From NCBI GenBank assembly GCA_965214935.1, contig CBDCCS010000016.1, forward strand, positions 64,001 to 128,000: 64,000 bases of DNA, in the 5' to 3' direction. Origin of the DNA: Candidatus Velthaea sp. (GTDB lineage Bacteria > Vulcanimicrobiota > Vulcanimicrobiia > Vulcanimicrobiales > Vulcanimicrobiaceae). Below are positions 39,973-50,610 of this stretch, piece after piece; within the stretch, counting starts at the first letter, position 1; the number at the start of each line of letters is the position of its first letter. The notes under the pieces are model-generated. The model was not told where the DNA came from. It searched no databases and worked only from the letters and a program-made list of their open reading frames with translations. The position numbers were made by a program, and so were the translations under genes.

Positions 39973-40995
39973 TTAGTTCGAGAGCACCGACTTGAGCACC
40001 GATACGATATTTTGCGGACGCATCGCATCGATTGCGGCCGTCACTTCGTAGCCCGAATGTACCATGCAATCGGTGCATTTCGGATTGCCGCTCTTCTGAC
40101 CGTAGCTAGACCAATCGGTGGTATCGAGATACTCTTGCCATGTTTTGGCATAGCCCTCGCCGAGCAAGTAGCACGGCTTCTGCCAACCGAAGAGCGAGTA
40201 CGACGGCATGCCCCACGGCGTGCAATCATAGTCTTTATCGCCGGTCAGAAACTCGAGAAACAACGGGCTCGCGTTGAATTCCCACTTTGCTTTATTGCCC
40301 GACGTATACGGCGTCATGATCTCGCGGAACAAGTTCTTGGTCTGTTCGCGCTGTAAGAAATGCTCTTGATCGGGAGCTTTTTCGTACGGATAGCCCGGTG
40401 AAATCATCATGCCGTCGACTTTAAGCTCGTTCGTGGCGAAATCGAAGAACTCTTGAACGCGCTTGGGATCGGCACCGGCGAAGATCGTCGTGTTGGTGGT
40501 TACGCGGAAACCGCGCGCTTTGGCAGCTTTGATCGCTTTGACCGCGATATCAAAAACGCCGCCGCGATCGACGGCTTTATCGTGCTCGGGCTTGAGTCCA
40601 TCGAGATGCACGCTAAACGAAAAATAGGTCGACGGCGTAAATTTATCGAGGCTCTGTTCCAGCCGAATCGCATTCGTACAAAGGTAGACAAACTTCTTAC
40701 GCTTGACGAGGCCTTTGACGATCTCGTCGATCTGCGGGTGCAATAACGGCTCGCCGCCCGGAATCGCGACGACCGGCGCTCCGCATTCCTCGACGGCACG
40801 AAAACACTCTTCGGGCGAAAGATGCTTGCGCAGCACCTCGACGGGATGCTGTATCTTGCCGCATCCGCCACAGGCGAGATTGCAGCGAAAGAGAGGCTCG
40901 AGCATGAGGACGAGCGGGAATCGCTTTTTGCCGCGCAACCGCTGACCGATGAGGTACGAGCCGACGCCGACTGCTTGCTGGAGTGAAATGGCCAT
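39973..40995 (-). CDS. hpnH: Adenosyl-hopene transferase (radical SAM)
   Basis: [44 protein letters not shown]. Confidence 0.95.
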   Translation of the reverse strand: MAISLQQAVGVGSYLIGQRLRGKKRFPLVLMLEPLFRCNLACGGCGKIQHPVEVLRKHLSPEECFRAVEECGAPVVAIPGGEPLLHPQIDEIVKGLVKRKKFVYLCTNAIRLEQSLDKFTPSTYFSFSVHLDGLKPEHDKAVDRGGVFDIAVKAIKAAKARGFRVTTNTTIFAGADPKRVQEFFDFATNELKVDGMMISPGYPYEKAPDQEHFLQREQTKNLFREIMTPYTSGNKAKWEFNASPLFLEFLTGDKDYDCTPWGMPSYSLFGWQKPCYLLGEGYAKTWQEYLDTTDWSSYGQKSGNPKCTDCMVHSGYEVTAAIDAMRPQNIVSVLKSVLSN

Positions 40996-41002
40996 GCGAG
41001 GT

Positions 41003-42004
41003 TTACCGGTGGTCCTTTCGGGACGAATCGAGATAGCCGTGGTCCAAAAACCATTGAACCGCATCGGCCAGAGCGAGGGTTACATCGCTTTGCGGCAGGC
41101 CGAGCTGTGTAACGGCTTTTCGCGCGTCGTAGTACATCTGCCCCTTTGCCATGCGCACGCTCTCTAACGATACGTCCGGTTCACGCCCCAGCGGTGCTAA
41201 AAGGTACTCGCCGAGCGCCGCGTACACAAACGGCACGCTATGCGGGATACGCAGCTTTGGAACCGGACGTTTCGCGATCGGCGCGAGGCGAACAAAAATG
41301 TCACGCAGCTGCATATTCTCATTGCCTAAGATGTAGCGTTCGCCCGTGAAGCCGCGTTCGTAAGCAAGCCGGTGCCCCGCCGCGCAATCGCGGACGTCGA
41401 TCAGATTGAGGCCGGTATCGACGTAGCCGGGCATTGCGCCGCGAGCGAAGCGCAGAACGATATCGCCGGTCGGCGTCGGCTTGACATCCCACGGCCCGAC
41501 CGGCGTGCTGGGATTGACGATGACGACGTCCTGTCCGGAAGCCGCCGCTTCGCGTGCAACTTGCTCGCCCAAGAATTTAGATTTCTTATACACGCCGATG
41601 AGTTTGCCGACCGGACTTTGATACGTCTCGTCGGCGCTACCGCCGGCGCGAATACCAATCGCTGCAACCGAGCTGGTGTGGACGACGCGCGCGACGCCGG
41701 CGTCGCGAGCGGCGCGCAGGACGCAGCGTGTGCCCTCAACATTCGTTCGCATAACCGCGAGGCGATCGCGCCGCCACAGACTGTACAATGCCGCCACGTG
41801 AAAAACGGCGTCGCAGCCGCGCATCGCCGCACGTAAATCGGGCGCGAACAAGTCGCCAGGAACGCGCTCGACGTTCAAACCCGCTAACCCCGGGGGGTCG
41901 GCAGTGCGCAGCAGCGCACGCACCTTCCAGCCGTGCTCCAGCAGATCACGCACGACGTTAGTTCCAACGAAACCGGCTGCGCCGGTAACGAACGCGGTGC
42001 GCAC
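41003..42004 (-). CDS. hpnA: Hopanoid-associated sugar epimerase
   Basis: [39 protein letters not shown]; cluster context. Confidence 0.9.
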   Translation of the reverse strand: MRTAFVTGAAGFVGTNVVRDLLEHGWKVRALLRTADPPGLAGLNVERVPGDLFAPDLRAAMRGCDAVFHVAALYSLWRRDRLAVMRTNVEGTRCVLRAARDAGVARVVHTSSVAAIGIRAGGSADETYQSPVGKLIGVYKKSKFLGEQVAREAAASGQDVVIVNPSTPVGPWDVKPTPTGDIVLRFARGAMPGYVDTGLNLIDVRDCAAGHRLAYERGFTGERYILGNENMQLRDIFVRLAPIAKRPVPKLRIPHSVPFVYAALGEYLLAPLGREPDVSLESVRMAKGQMYYDARKAVTQLGLPQSDVTLALADAVQWFLDHGYLDSSRKDHR

Positions 42005-42016
42005 GCTAGCCTGAAT

Positions 42017-44494
42017 TCACCGGCGGCGATCCACGAAGGTGTAGGCGACGGGGATGACGAGCAAGCTCAACAACGTTGAGGATATCAAGCCGCCGATGAT
42101 GGCTACGGCCATCGGTGCGCGCAATTCGGAACCGGCACCAAAACCAACCGCGATCGGCAACATGCCTAAAATGGTTGCCGCCGTCGTCATGATGATCGGC
42201 CGGAAGCGGCGCGATGCCGCTTCAAGAATCGCGGTGGCACGCTCCATGCCGGCGCGGCGCCGCTGCACGATCGCGTCGACGAGCAAGATCGCGTTTTTAT
42301 TTACGAGACCGAATAGGAAGATGACGCCCATGAGCGAGATGAGACCGAACTCGGCGCGCACGACGAACAGCGCAAACAGCGCTCCGACGACCGACAACGG
42401 CAAGGCAACGACGATCACGAGCGGGGCGCGCCAGCCGCGAAAAAGCAGCCCTAAGACGACGACGATACTGAGCGTCGACAGTGCCAGCGTCGTGCCGAAG
42501 CTTCCGAAGGTCGTGATCGTGTCCCCAGCTTCGCCGGCAAACACGTAACTCGAGGTTTTCGGCAGTATCGCACGCGCGATCGAATCGACGCGGGCAGTCG
42601 CGTCACCGATATTCACGCCGACGAGGTCGCAATCGATGTCGACGACGCGCCGCCCGCCCTCGCGCGTGATGAGCGTCGGCCGGCCGGCTTGGAACGAGAG
42701 CCCCGCCGCAGCGATATCGACAAAGCCTCGTTCTTGCGTCATACGCTGGGTGAGCCGCGCTGCGGCATGCGCGAGCACCGACACATCCGGATCCGACACG
42801 GTAACACGCAACGGCTTCGAGACGCCGTTTTCGACGAACGGCACGTCTTCGACGCTGACCGTCGCGTTGCCGAGAGCGGGCAGCGCCGCGCGCACGCGAT
42901 CCTCAACAACGATCGTCGGCGCGCTGCGATCGTGCCGTAGCGAAACGGCGAGCGACGCCAGCGCCGGATCGCCGCGGTCGCCGACCGATGCCAAAACGGT
43001 CGCTACATCGGGGTCGCGTCCGATGACCGCATCAATCCGATCGGCGGCGGCGATCGCGTCGGCCACCGGTGTCGCACCCGCGTCTTTGAGCCGGATCGTC
43101 ACTTGAAATTGACCGCGATCGAGATGCGGAATGAAGCCTTTGGGAATGAGCGGGATGATCGCGAGGCCGATGATAAGACTTACCACCGCGCCGCCGATGA
43201 CCAGCCGCGGATGACGCAGCGACCATTGCAGTGCAGCCTTGTATGCGCGCGGCGCGGTATGCGGCTCGAGCACCTTGGTATGCGGCCGTAGCATCGTTGC
43301 AGCGAGCATCGGCGATAGGGTGCGAGCAACCGCCAGCGACGTCAAAACGGCCGCCGACGCCGTCAGGCCGAAGGGCCGGAAAAATTGTCCTAGCGTTCCG
43401 GTCATGAACGCGATCGGTAAAAAGACGGCAATGATGGTCAGGGTTGCTGCCGTGACGGTGAATCCGATTTCATCGGTAGCTCTTTCCGCCGCGAGGCGCG
43501 GCGGCTCACCGGCAGCAATGTGCTGTTCGATGTTTTCGACATCGACGATCGCGTCATCGACGATGACGCCGGTCACCAGCGTCAACGCCAGCAGCGTTAT
43601 CATTTCAAGATTGAAGTGGAAGAGCGCCATGGCAATCGATGTTCCGGCCAGCGAGACGGGGATAGCGACCGCGGAAATAAACGTCGCGCGAAAATCGCGC
43701 AAGAACGGAAACACGACGAGAATCGAAAGCGCCATCGCAATCCCGAGGGCGTCGGTTGTTGCGTGCGACGTTTCGCGAATGTACGGTGCCTGACTCGTCG
43801 CAATCTCGATCGGAACGCCGAGCAAACGCCGGACGCGCGCCGCTACGACGTCGGTCGATGCGGCGACGGCAAGCGCGTTGGCGCCGCCCTTTTTGACGAT
43901 GCGAATCATGATTGCATGCTGACCGTTCACCCGCACGGCGGTGGTCTTATCGGCACCGAGCAGATCGGCGCGTAACACGCCCGGAACAGCCTTGAACGCC
44001 GGTACCGCATCGCGGTAGAGCAACCCGGCGTCAACGAGCAACTGCGTCGCGTCATTGCTCGATTCGGCGTAGGTGACGACGGGATTTGCATTGATGTCGA
44101 TCGACGTCGCCTTGACGGTGACACCGGCGGGGATCGGACCGCGCGCGAGCAGTCGATCGACGCGCGAACGCCGCTCCTCCAGCGTGCCGCCGACGTCGAA
44201 CGAAAGCGCGATCGACGTCGTTCCGGCTTTCGTCGTCGAGCGCATCAAGGTCGTCCCGGACGGCCGCAAAATCGCTTCGAGCGGGACCGTCACCCGGCGC
44301 TCCGTTGCGGCTGCGTCCCGGCGGCCGGCGGCATGCGCTTCGACGACGATGATCGGAATGGAGAAATCGGGTAGCAGCGTGTATTGCAGCGACGCGAACG
44401 CCAAGCCGCCGGCAACGGTGATGACGACCCAAACGGCAGCCGTTAACAACGCAAATCGGATTGCGATTCGCGAAATGTTAAACCGTGATTGCAC
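42017..44494 (-). CDS. Short AcrB-type RND transporter
   Basis: VIVDDAIVDVENI, KNAILLVD, RFRPIIMT, PMAVAIIGGL; only 825 aa. Confidence 0.9.
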   Translation of the reverse strand: MQSRFNISRIAIRFALLTAAVWVVITVAGGLAFASLQYTLLPDFSIPIIVVEAHAAGRRDAAATERRVTVPLEAILRPSGTTLMRSTTKAGTTSIALSFDVGGTLEERRSRVDRLLARGPIPAGVTVKATSIDINANPVVTYAESSNDATQLLVDAGLLYRDAVPAFKAVPGVLRADLLGADKTTAVRVNGQHAIMIRIVKKGGANALAVAASTDVVAARVRRLLGVPIEIATSQAPYIRETSHATTDALGIAMALSILVVFPFLRDFRATFISAVAIPVSLAGTSIAMALFHFNLEMITLLALTLVTGVIVDDAIVDVENIEQHIAAGEPPRLAAERATDEIGFTVTAATLTIIAVFLPIAFMTGTLGQFFRPFGLTASAAVLTSLAVARTLSPMLAATMLRPHTKVLEPHTAPRAYKAALQWSLRHPRLVIGGAVVSLIIGLAIIPLIPKGFIPHLDRGQFQVTIRLKDAGATPVADAIAAADRIDAVIGRDPDVATVLASVGDRGDPALASLAVSLRHDRSAPTIVVEDRVRAALPALGNATVSVEDVPFVENGVSKPLRVTVSDPDVSVLAHAAARLTQRMTQERGFVDIAAAGLSFQAGRPTLITREGGRRVVDIDCDLVGVNIGDATARVDSIARAILPKTSSYVFAGEAGDTITTFGSFGTTLALSTLSIVVVLGLLFRGWRAPLVIVVALPLSVVGALFALFVVRAEFGLISLMGVIFLFGLVNKNAILLVDAIVQRRRAGMERATAILEAASRRFRPIIMTTAATILGMLPIAVGFGAGSELRAPMAVAIIGGLISSTLLSLLVIPVAYTFVDRRR

Positions 44495-44535
44495 TTAAGC
44501 CGACTCGACTCCGGCAGCGCCGGAATCAGGGACCA

Positions 44536-45573
44536 TCACGCCTGGCCGGCAAAAACGAACGGCCGCTGCCGAACGCGTTCCATTAGCCAGCGCAGGGTCG
44601 TATTACTCAAGGTCGTCGTAGAAGCGGCAAGGATAAGTGCGTTGACTTCACTGCGGGTAATTTTCACGCCGCCGCCCGAGACGAGATTTTGTTCGCTTCG
44701 ATTGAGCTCACGCAGCGTCGCCGCCGCAAAAACGATCGGTAGAACGCAGAAGAGGCGAATGCGCATCGCTGCGGGCGGAATTTCACTCACGTAGGCAAGC
44801 GCGTCATCGAGGCCGGCTTCGGCCAACGACAGCAAGCCTTGCAACGCGATCCGGTTGCGCGGGCGCAGGGCCGGGTCGAGCACCGACTCGTGGCCGCTGC
44901 CCGCTGCGACCAGCAATTCGCGCGGGATGTAGACGGCATTTTCGTGTTCGACGTCCCACGGAATATCCTTGAGGATATTGACGATTTGCAGCGCTTCGCC
45001 AAACGCTTCGCAGTTTACGAGCAGCTTGGAATACGTGCGCGAGCGAATGAACGGGGAATGCGCGTACCATAAGTCGGTGAGCAGATGCCCGACGGTGCCG
45101 GCGACGAAATAACAATAGCGGCGAAATTCAGCAACGCTCTCGATGCGGATCCCGGCCGGATAGGTCCGCACGAAGTGCTGCATGCCGCGGGTCATCTCTG
45201 CAACCCACTCGGTGAGAATCGCGCGTGCCGCCGGATCGAGCGCACGATACGCACGAAAAACGATCGAACTGCCGTTGATCAACTCGCGGTCGGAGTCACT
45301 CATGCCGGCGCCGCCGGCGTCACCCGCGAAGTGTTCCGCTGCATCCGCGTCATGAAAGCATTGCAACAACTGGTCCAGGAGCTGCAGCTTGCGCGCGGGT
45401 AACAAACGGCGATCGTCTTCGATCGTATCGGCGATCCGGCAGAGAAGGTAGCCGATCGTGACGGGGTCTTCAAGCGCTCGCGGTAACAGACGAATACCTA
45501 AAGCGAACGTCCGGGAGACGCGCGGCAACATCGCTGCGCAATAGCGATTCTCGTTAACGACCGTTTCCACCAC
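44536..45573 (-). CDS. Squalene synthase (single-enzyme farnesyl-diphosphate farnesyltransferase type)
   Basis: VSRTFAL, YLLCRIADTIEDD, YCYFVAGTVG, LQIVNILKD; inside the hopanoid cluster. Confidence 0.82.
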   Translation of the reverse strand: MVETVVNENRYCAAMLPRVSRTFALGIRLLPRALEDPVTIGYLLCRIADTIEDDRRLLPARKLQLLDQLLQCFHDADAAEHFAGDAGGAGMSDSDRELINGSSIVFRAYRALDPAARAILTEWVAEMTRGMQHFVRTYPAGIRIESVAEFRRYCYFVAGTVGHLLTDLWYAHSPFIRSRTYSKLLVNCEAFGEALQIVNILKDIPWDVEHENAVYIPRELLVAAGSGHESVLDPALRPRNRIALQGLLSLAEAGLDDALAYVSEIPPAAMRIRLFCVLPIVFAAATLRELNRSEQNLVSGGGVKITRSEVNALILAASTTTLSNTTLRWLMERVRQRPFVFAGQA

Positions 45574-45895
45574 CCTGCGGGTTTTGTCGGTTTATCGCCA
45601 CGACCTGCCGTTGCCCGTGGATAAAGCGCAGGAGCATGCGTCCGGAATCGCCGAGTATGCGAGCATGAACGCCGGGACGAACGAACGCGCGAAATTAGCT
45701 TGCGGAATCGCTTATCGGCGGAGCAACGTTATGCCGCTTGATTCGGCGAATCGGCCGATTCGCGTACGTCGGCCCGCCGCATGTTTGCATGCCGCACTAT
45801 TTTGTGGTATCGCAACACCAATGAACCGTCCGGCCTCAAATTGCGCACCGTTGAACCGTCGCGCGCGGAATCGAAGCATCGCGGACTAAGCGCTC

Positions 45896-47458
45896 ATGCC
45901 GATAACACGTCGCAATATTCTGTGCGTTTCGCCGCACTACAGCCCGTCCTTCGGTACCTTCGAGTACGCCTACCCGATTGCGGGTGTCAGCGGCTTCATG
46001 CCGCCGCAAGGCTTGCTCGTAATCGCCGCGTCAATGCCGAAATACTGGACGGTCCGCTTCCTCGACGAAAATATTACGCCGGCGAAGCCGGCTGATTTTG
46101 CCTGGGCAGATGTCGTGTTTGTCAGCGGCATGCATATCCAGCGCGCGCAGATTCTCGATATCACCACCCGCGCGCATGCAGCCGGCAAAGTTGTCGTCCT
46201 GGGCGGACCGTCGGTTTCTGCGGCGCCCGAGAACTATGCGGATATCGATATACTGCATATCGGCGAACTCGGCGACGCCACGCGAGCGCTGTATGCACAC
46301 CTTGAGGCCGACGTTCGCCGGCCCGTGCAGCAACTGCGCTTCGAGACCGTCGAAAAGTTGCCGCTTGATGAATTTCCGACCCCGGCTTATCACTTGATCG
46401 ATCTAGGGCGCTACCTGCTGGGTAGCATTCAGGCCACGAGCGGTTGCCCGTACCGCTGCGAGTTCTGCGATATCCCCGAGTTGTACGGGCAGAATCCGCG
46501 CTTAAAGACGCCCGACCAAATCATTCGCGAACTCGATGCGATGCTCGCGCGCGGCAACCCGGGGACGCTTTATTTCGTCGACGATAATTTCGTGGGTAAC
46601 CGTAAGTTCGCCAAAGAACTGTTGCCCAAGCTCGTAGCTTGGCAAAAACAGCGCGGCTATCCGGTCGAGTTTGCCTGCGAAGCAACGCTTAATATCGTGA
46701 AAAGCCCCGATCTGCTCGAAATGATGCGCGAGGCCTTTTTCACAACGATCTTCTGCGGTATCGAGACGCCCGAAACCGAAACGTTGCGCGCCATCTCGAA
46801 AGAACAGAATCGGCAAATCGGCTTACTTGACGCGGTTGAAACCCTCAATTCGTACGGACTCGAAGTCGTCAGCGGGATGATCGTCGGGTTCGATACGGAC
46901 TCCGAGCAAACGCCGCAGCGGATCATCGACTTTGTCGAACAATCGAAAATCCCGTTGCTGACCATCAACCTTCTGCAGGCATTGCCGCGCACGCCGCTGT
47001 GGCGCAGGTTGGAAAAAGAAGGCCGGCTGTATCACGGCGACGATCGCGAAACGAACATCGAGTATGCGCTGCCGTATGACGAAGTAATGGGCATGTGGCG
47101 GCGGATCATCGCGGCGGCCTACGACCCGGACGCGCTATACGAGCGGTTCCGGCATTTTGCCGAATATACGTTCAAGCATCGGATCGTACCGCCCAACAGC
47201 GGTGCGCGGGTAAACGTTCGGAACATTCGGCGCGGCTTGACGATTCTTTTTCGCGTGCTAACGATCGTCGGAATGTTTTCGAGCTACCGCCGTACATTTT
47301 GGAAGTTGTGCGGCCCGATGCTGCGCGAAGGCCGCATCGAGCCGTTACTGCATGTCGGACTTGTCGGCCACCATCTCATCACGTATGCGCGCGGCGCGCT
47401 CGCCGGCGAATTCAACGCATCGCACTATTCGGCGCGTACGCGTAAGAAAGCGGCGTAA
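45896..47458 (+). CDS. hpnP: Hopanoid C-2 methylase (B12-binding radical SAM)
   Basis: Y..SFGTF, FMPPQGLL, SGMHIQ, GGPSVS, GELGDAT, GCPYRCEFCDIPELYG; adjacent to shc. Confidence 0.88.
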   Translation: MPITRRNILCVSPHYSPSFGTFEYAYPIAGVSGFMPPQGLLVIAASMPKYWTVRFLDENITPAKPADFAWADVVFVSGMHIQRAQILDITTRAHAAGKVVVLGGPSVSAAPENYADIDILHIGELGDATRALYAHLEADVRRPVQQLRFETVEKLPLDEFPTPAYHLIDLGRYLLGSIQATSGCPYRCEFCDIPELYGQNPRLKTPDQIIRELDAMLARGNPGTLYFVDDNFVGNRKFAKELLPKLVAWQKQRGYPVEFACEATLNIVKSPDLLEMMREAFFTTIFCGIETPETETLRAISKEQNRQIGLLDAVETLNSYGLEVVSGMIVGFDTDSEQTPQRIIDFVEQSKIPLLTINLLQALPRTPLWRRLEKEGRLYHGDDRETNIEYALPYDEVMGMWRRIIAAAYDPDALYERFRHFAEYTFKHRIVPPNSGARVNVRNIRRGLTILFRVLTIVGMFSSYRRTFWKLCGPMLREGRIEPLLHVGLVGHHLITYARGALAGEFNASHYSARTRKKAA

Positions 47459-49359
47459 CGGCCGAGCGCGCTCAGCGCGAAGTGCTGGCAATACAAGTGA
47501 TACCGAATGAAGAAATGTTGGGGGAAACCGGTTCCCGTGAAATGCGCCTCGTCCCACGTTCCGTCGGCTTGTTGCGTCGCTAGCAAATAACCGACGCCGC
47601 GTTCAAGCGAAGCGGCAAATTCAGCCGCAAGCTGCGGCAGCCGTTCGCAGCAACTTAAAATGCCGATGAGCCCCCAGGCGGTCTGCGATGCTGTGCTCGC
47701 GCCGATTCCACGCAATGCGGGCTGCTTGTAACTCGCCGTCGACTCGCCCCATCCGCCATCGGCATTTTGGACGCTGCGTAACCAGACGGCACCGCGCACG
47801 AGTGCCGAATCGATGGCCGCGCCGCCCGCGGTTTGCGCGAGTGCTGCGAGGACGCCGCTCGTTCCGTACACGTAATTGACGCCCCAGCGGCCGAACCATG
47901 CGCCGTCCGGTTCTTGCTCGGCTAAGAGATACGCCAGCGCGCGCGGAAAGCGGCCGGCCTCCCATGGCAACGCGCAACGCGCGAACATCTCGAGCACGCG
48001 CGCGCTGACGTCGGCGGTCGGCGGATCGATACTTGCTTTAAGATCGCTATATGCAATCTTATTGAGCCACGCTTTATCGTTATCGACGTCGAAGGCACCC
48101 CAACCGCCGCCGCGGCATTGCATCGACGCTACCCATTGCGCCGAACGCTCGATCGCGGCACGCACGCGCGCCGGAGCCGGATGATCGACGCATTGTAACG
48201 CCATTGCAATAACGGCGGTATCATCGACGTCGGGATACCAGCGGTTATCGAACTCGAATGCCCAGCCGCCCGCCGGACCTCGCCGGTTCTTGACCGCCCA
48301 ATCGCCGTAATCGAGTATCTGCTTTTCCATAAGCCAGTCGGCCGCACGAACTAAACGCTCGTCGCCCGGTGCTACGCCCGCATCGACGAGCGCACGAACG
48401 ACAAGTCCGGTATCCCAAATCGGCGAAATACACGCCTGAATGCGATATGCGCCGTCCGCACGCAACGTAAACGCGTCGATCGCCGCGAAGCCGCGGACCA
48501 CCTCCGGATCGTCGATTGCAAAGCCGAGCGCGCGCAATGCGAGCATCGAGTTGAGCATCGCGGGAATGATGCCGCCCCAATCACCGGTCGCTTCCTGGCG
48601 TTCGAGGACCCAGCGTTTCGCGCGTTCGATTCCGCGAGCGCGGCCGGGTATGAAGCCACGCCGCTCGGCGAACTTCAGTACTCCGTCAAGCATGTTGAAA
48701 ACGGCTTCAACACGGCCGGCCGCCGCCGGCAACACATACCGAACGTTGGCCGCTCCCTCGGCGTATAATTCACTGAGGTCGAGCCGCGGACTATAAACCG
48801 GCTTGCGGTCGAAGACGACGATCAACGGCACCGTACTGCCGCGCGCCCAGCTTGAAAGATCGTAGATCGAGAAGGGCCCGCGGTCGGGCAGCAGCATCAG
48901 CGCGGGCGGCAATGCCGGCAACCCGGCCCAATCATATGCACCGATAAGCGCCAAATGCAGTTTAGTGAAAATGCGAGTTTTCGAAATGCCGCCGCGGGCA
49001 AGAATAAACGTGCGCGCGCGTACGAGCGCGGGATCGTCGGTGCCGATGCCCAGTAGACGCAGTCCCATGTAGGCCTCGACCGTAACGCTCAGCTCGCCGC
49101 CATCGCCGAAGGCGAGTTCCCAACCGCCGTGCTCGCGCTGCTCGCCGCGCAAATACCGTTCGGCGGCTGCGTGCGGCACGCGCTCGAACGTTCCCCAGAT
49201 GCGATGCAGCAGCAAAACTTCGGCCGTGATCGTTACGTTCGATTGCAATTCGCCCCACCAATAACCGGCCGGATGTTGCAGCGCAAAGTGCGCATCGACG
49301 CTGCGCGTTATTGCCGCGGCAAGGGGTTGCCCCGGCGCAGGATCCGAAGTTCTCGGCAT
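47425..49359 (-). CDS. shc: Squalene-hopene cyclase
   Basis: YPDVDDTA (DxDD), QW repeats (QREHGGW, QNADGGWGE, QQADGTW), GRWGVNYVYG, TGTGFP. Confidence 0.97.
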   Translation of the reverse strand: MPRTSDPAPGQPLAAAITRSVDAHFALQHPAGYWWGELQSNVTITAEVLLLHRIWGTFERVPHAAAERYLRGEQREHGGWELAFGDGGELSVTVEAYMGLRLLGIGTDDPALVRARTFILARGGISKTRIFTKLHLALIGAYDWAGLPALPPALMLLPDRGPFSIYDLSSWARGSTVPLIVVFDRKPVYSPRLDLSELYAEGAANVRYVLPAAAGRVEAVFNMLDGVLKFAERRGFIPGRARGIERAKRWVLERQEATGDWGGIIPAMLNSMLALRALGFAIDDPEVVRGFAAIDAFTLRADGAYRIQACISPIWDTGLVVRALVDAGVAPGDERLVRAADWLMEKQILDYGDWAVKNRRGPAGGWAFEFDNRWYPDVDDTAVIAMALQCVDHPAPARVRAAIERSAQWVASMQCRGGGWGAFDVDNDKAWLNKIAYSDLKASIDPPTADVSARVLEMFARCALPWEAGRFPRALAYLLAEQEPDGAWFGRWGVNYVYGTSGVLAALAQTAGGAAIDSALVRGAVWLRSVQNADGGWGESTASYKQPALRGIGASTASQTAWGLIGILSCCERLPQLAAEFAASLERGVGYLLATQQADGTWDEAHFTGTGFPQHFFIRYHLYCQHFALSALGRYAAFLRVRAE

Positions 49360-50587
49360 GTCCGCGACGCTCGTACGAATGGTTTCGCTGCTCATGATCG
49401 GTTCGTGGACGGGCTTACTCTTAGCACGAGGACGTTTTTGGGCTCCACCCGTCGACTGCCTGTGTGAGCCATCGACATTCGGCGCTATGCCGGACGTCGG
49501 AATTGTCGTCGCGGCGCGCAACGAAGCAGCGATCCTTCCGGCAACATTGCCGGCGCTGCTCGCGCAACAATACGCTGGTCGATATTTCACGATACTGGCC
49601 GATGACGGCAGCACCGATGATACGGCGCTTACCGCGCAGCGCCTGGCGAGCGCTGCTGCAGCGTTGAACTTTGCAGTCGCTCCGGTACCCGAGCGGCCCG
49701 CGGGCTGGGCCGGCAAAGTGTGGGCCATGGCTAACGGGGTGCGCGCTTTACGCGCGACGGGACTGCAACCTGCGTATTGGTTATTCACCGACGCCGATAT
49801 CACACACGAGCCCGACGTCGTGGCAGCGCTAGTCGCGACCGCTTTGAATGACCGGCGCGATCTTGTTTCATTGATGGTGCAACTGCATTGTGAATCGCGC
49901 TGGGAGCAACTATTGATACCGGCGTTCGTCTTTTTCTTTGCTAAGCTTTACCCGTTCAGCTGGACGGCGGACAGCACGCGCCGTACCGCCGGCGCGGCCG
50001 GCGGCTGCATCCTCATTAGTGACGAGATGTTGCGGCGTATCGGCGGGATCGAAAGCATTTGCGATTCGCTCATCGACGACTGTTCGCTCGCATATCGCGT
50101 CAAAGCCGGCGGCGGGCGTCTGCGCTTAGAATTGTCGACTCGTTCGCGCAGTATCCGGCCGTACCAAGGTCTCGATGCAATTTGGCGCATGGTAGCGCGT
50201 AGCGCGTACACGCAACTCGATCGCTCGCCCGCGATTCTTATTTTAACGGTCGCCGGAATGCTCGTGCTGTACGCATTGCCGCCGATTGCAGCGCTCGGCG
50301 GCATGCTGCGTCGAGACCGCGCATTAGCATCCGGCGGATTTTTTGCGTGGGCGCTCATGAGCATTGCATATATGCCGATCTTGCGGCTTTACGGGCAGCC
50401 GCCCGTGCAAGCAGCGCGCTTGCCCCTCGCAGCGGTGCTCTACACGCTCATGACGATCGATTCGGCGATCCGGCACTGGCGCGGAAAAGGCGGTTTCTGG
50501 AAAGGCCGCTACAGTGCAGACTCGGCGGGCCCACCGGCGGGCGACGCTACGCTGCGTAACCCGTCCATGCCGCAACACATCGGGTGA
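49358..50587 (+). CDS. hpnB: Hopene-associated glycosyltransferase (GT2)
   Basis: ARNEA, DDGSTD, GWAGKVWAM, FTDADI, AAGGCIL, IDDC, RSAYTQL. Confidence 0.88.
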   Translation: MSATLVRMVSLLMIGSWTGLLLARGRFWAPPVDCLCEPSTFGAMPDVGIVVAARNEAAILPATLPALLAQQYAGRYFTILADDGSTDDTALTAQRLASAAAALNFAVAPVPERPAGWAGKVWAMANGVRALRATGLQPAYWLFTDADITHEPDVVAALVATALNDRRDLVSLMVQLHCESRWEQLLIPAFVFFFAKLYPFSWTADSTRRTAGAAGGCILISDEMLRRIGGIESICDSLIDDCSLAYRVKAGGGRLRLELSTRSRSIRPYQGLDAIWRMVARSAYTQLDRSPAILILTVAGMLVLYALPPIAALGGMLRRDRALASGGFFAWALMSIAYMPILRLYGQPPVQAARLPLAAVLYTLMTIDSAIRHWRGKGGFWKGRYSADSAGPPAGDATLRNPSMPQHIG

Positions 50588-50610
50588 ACGTACCGTGCTC
50601 CCAAACGCGT

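Noticed and set aside
20770..49803. Long N-terminal extensions in the track (starts at 22935, 24757, 27886, 36092, 37395, 49803)
   Set aside because: They overlap neighbouring real genes; internal starts fit family length and, in several cases, stop/start overlaps
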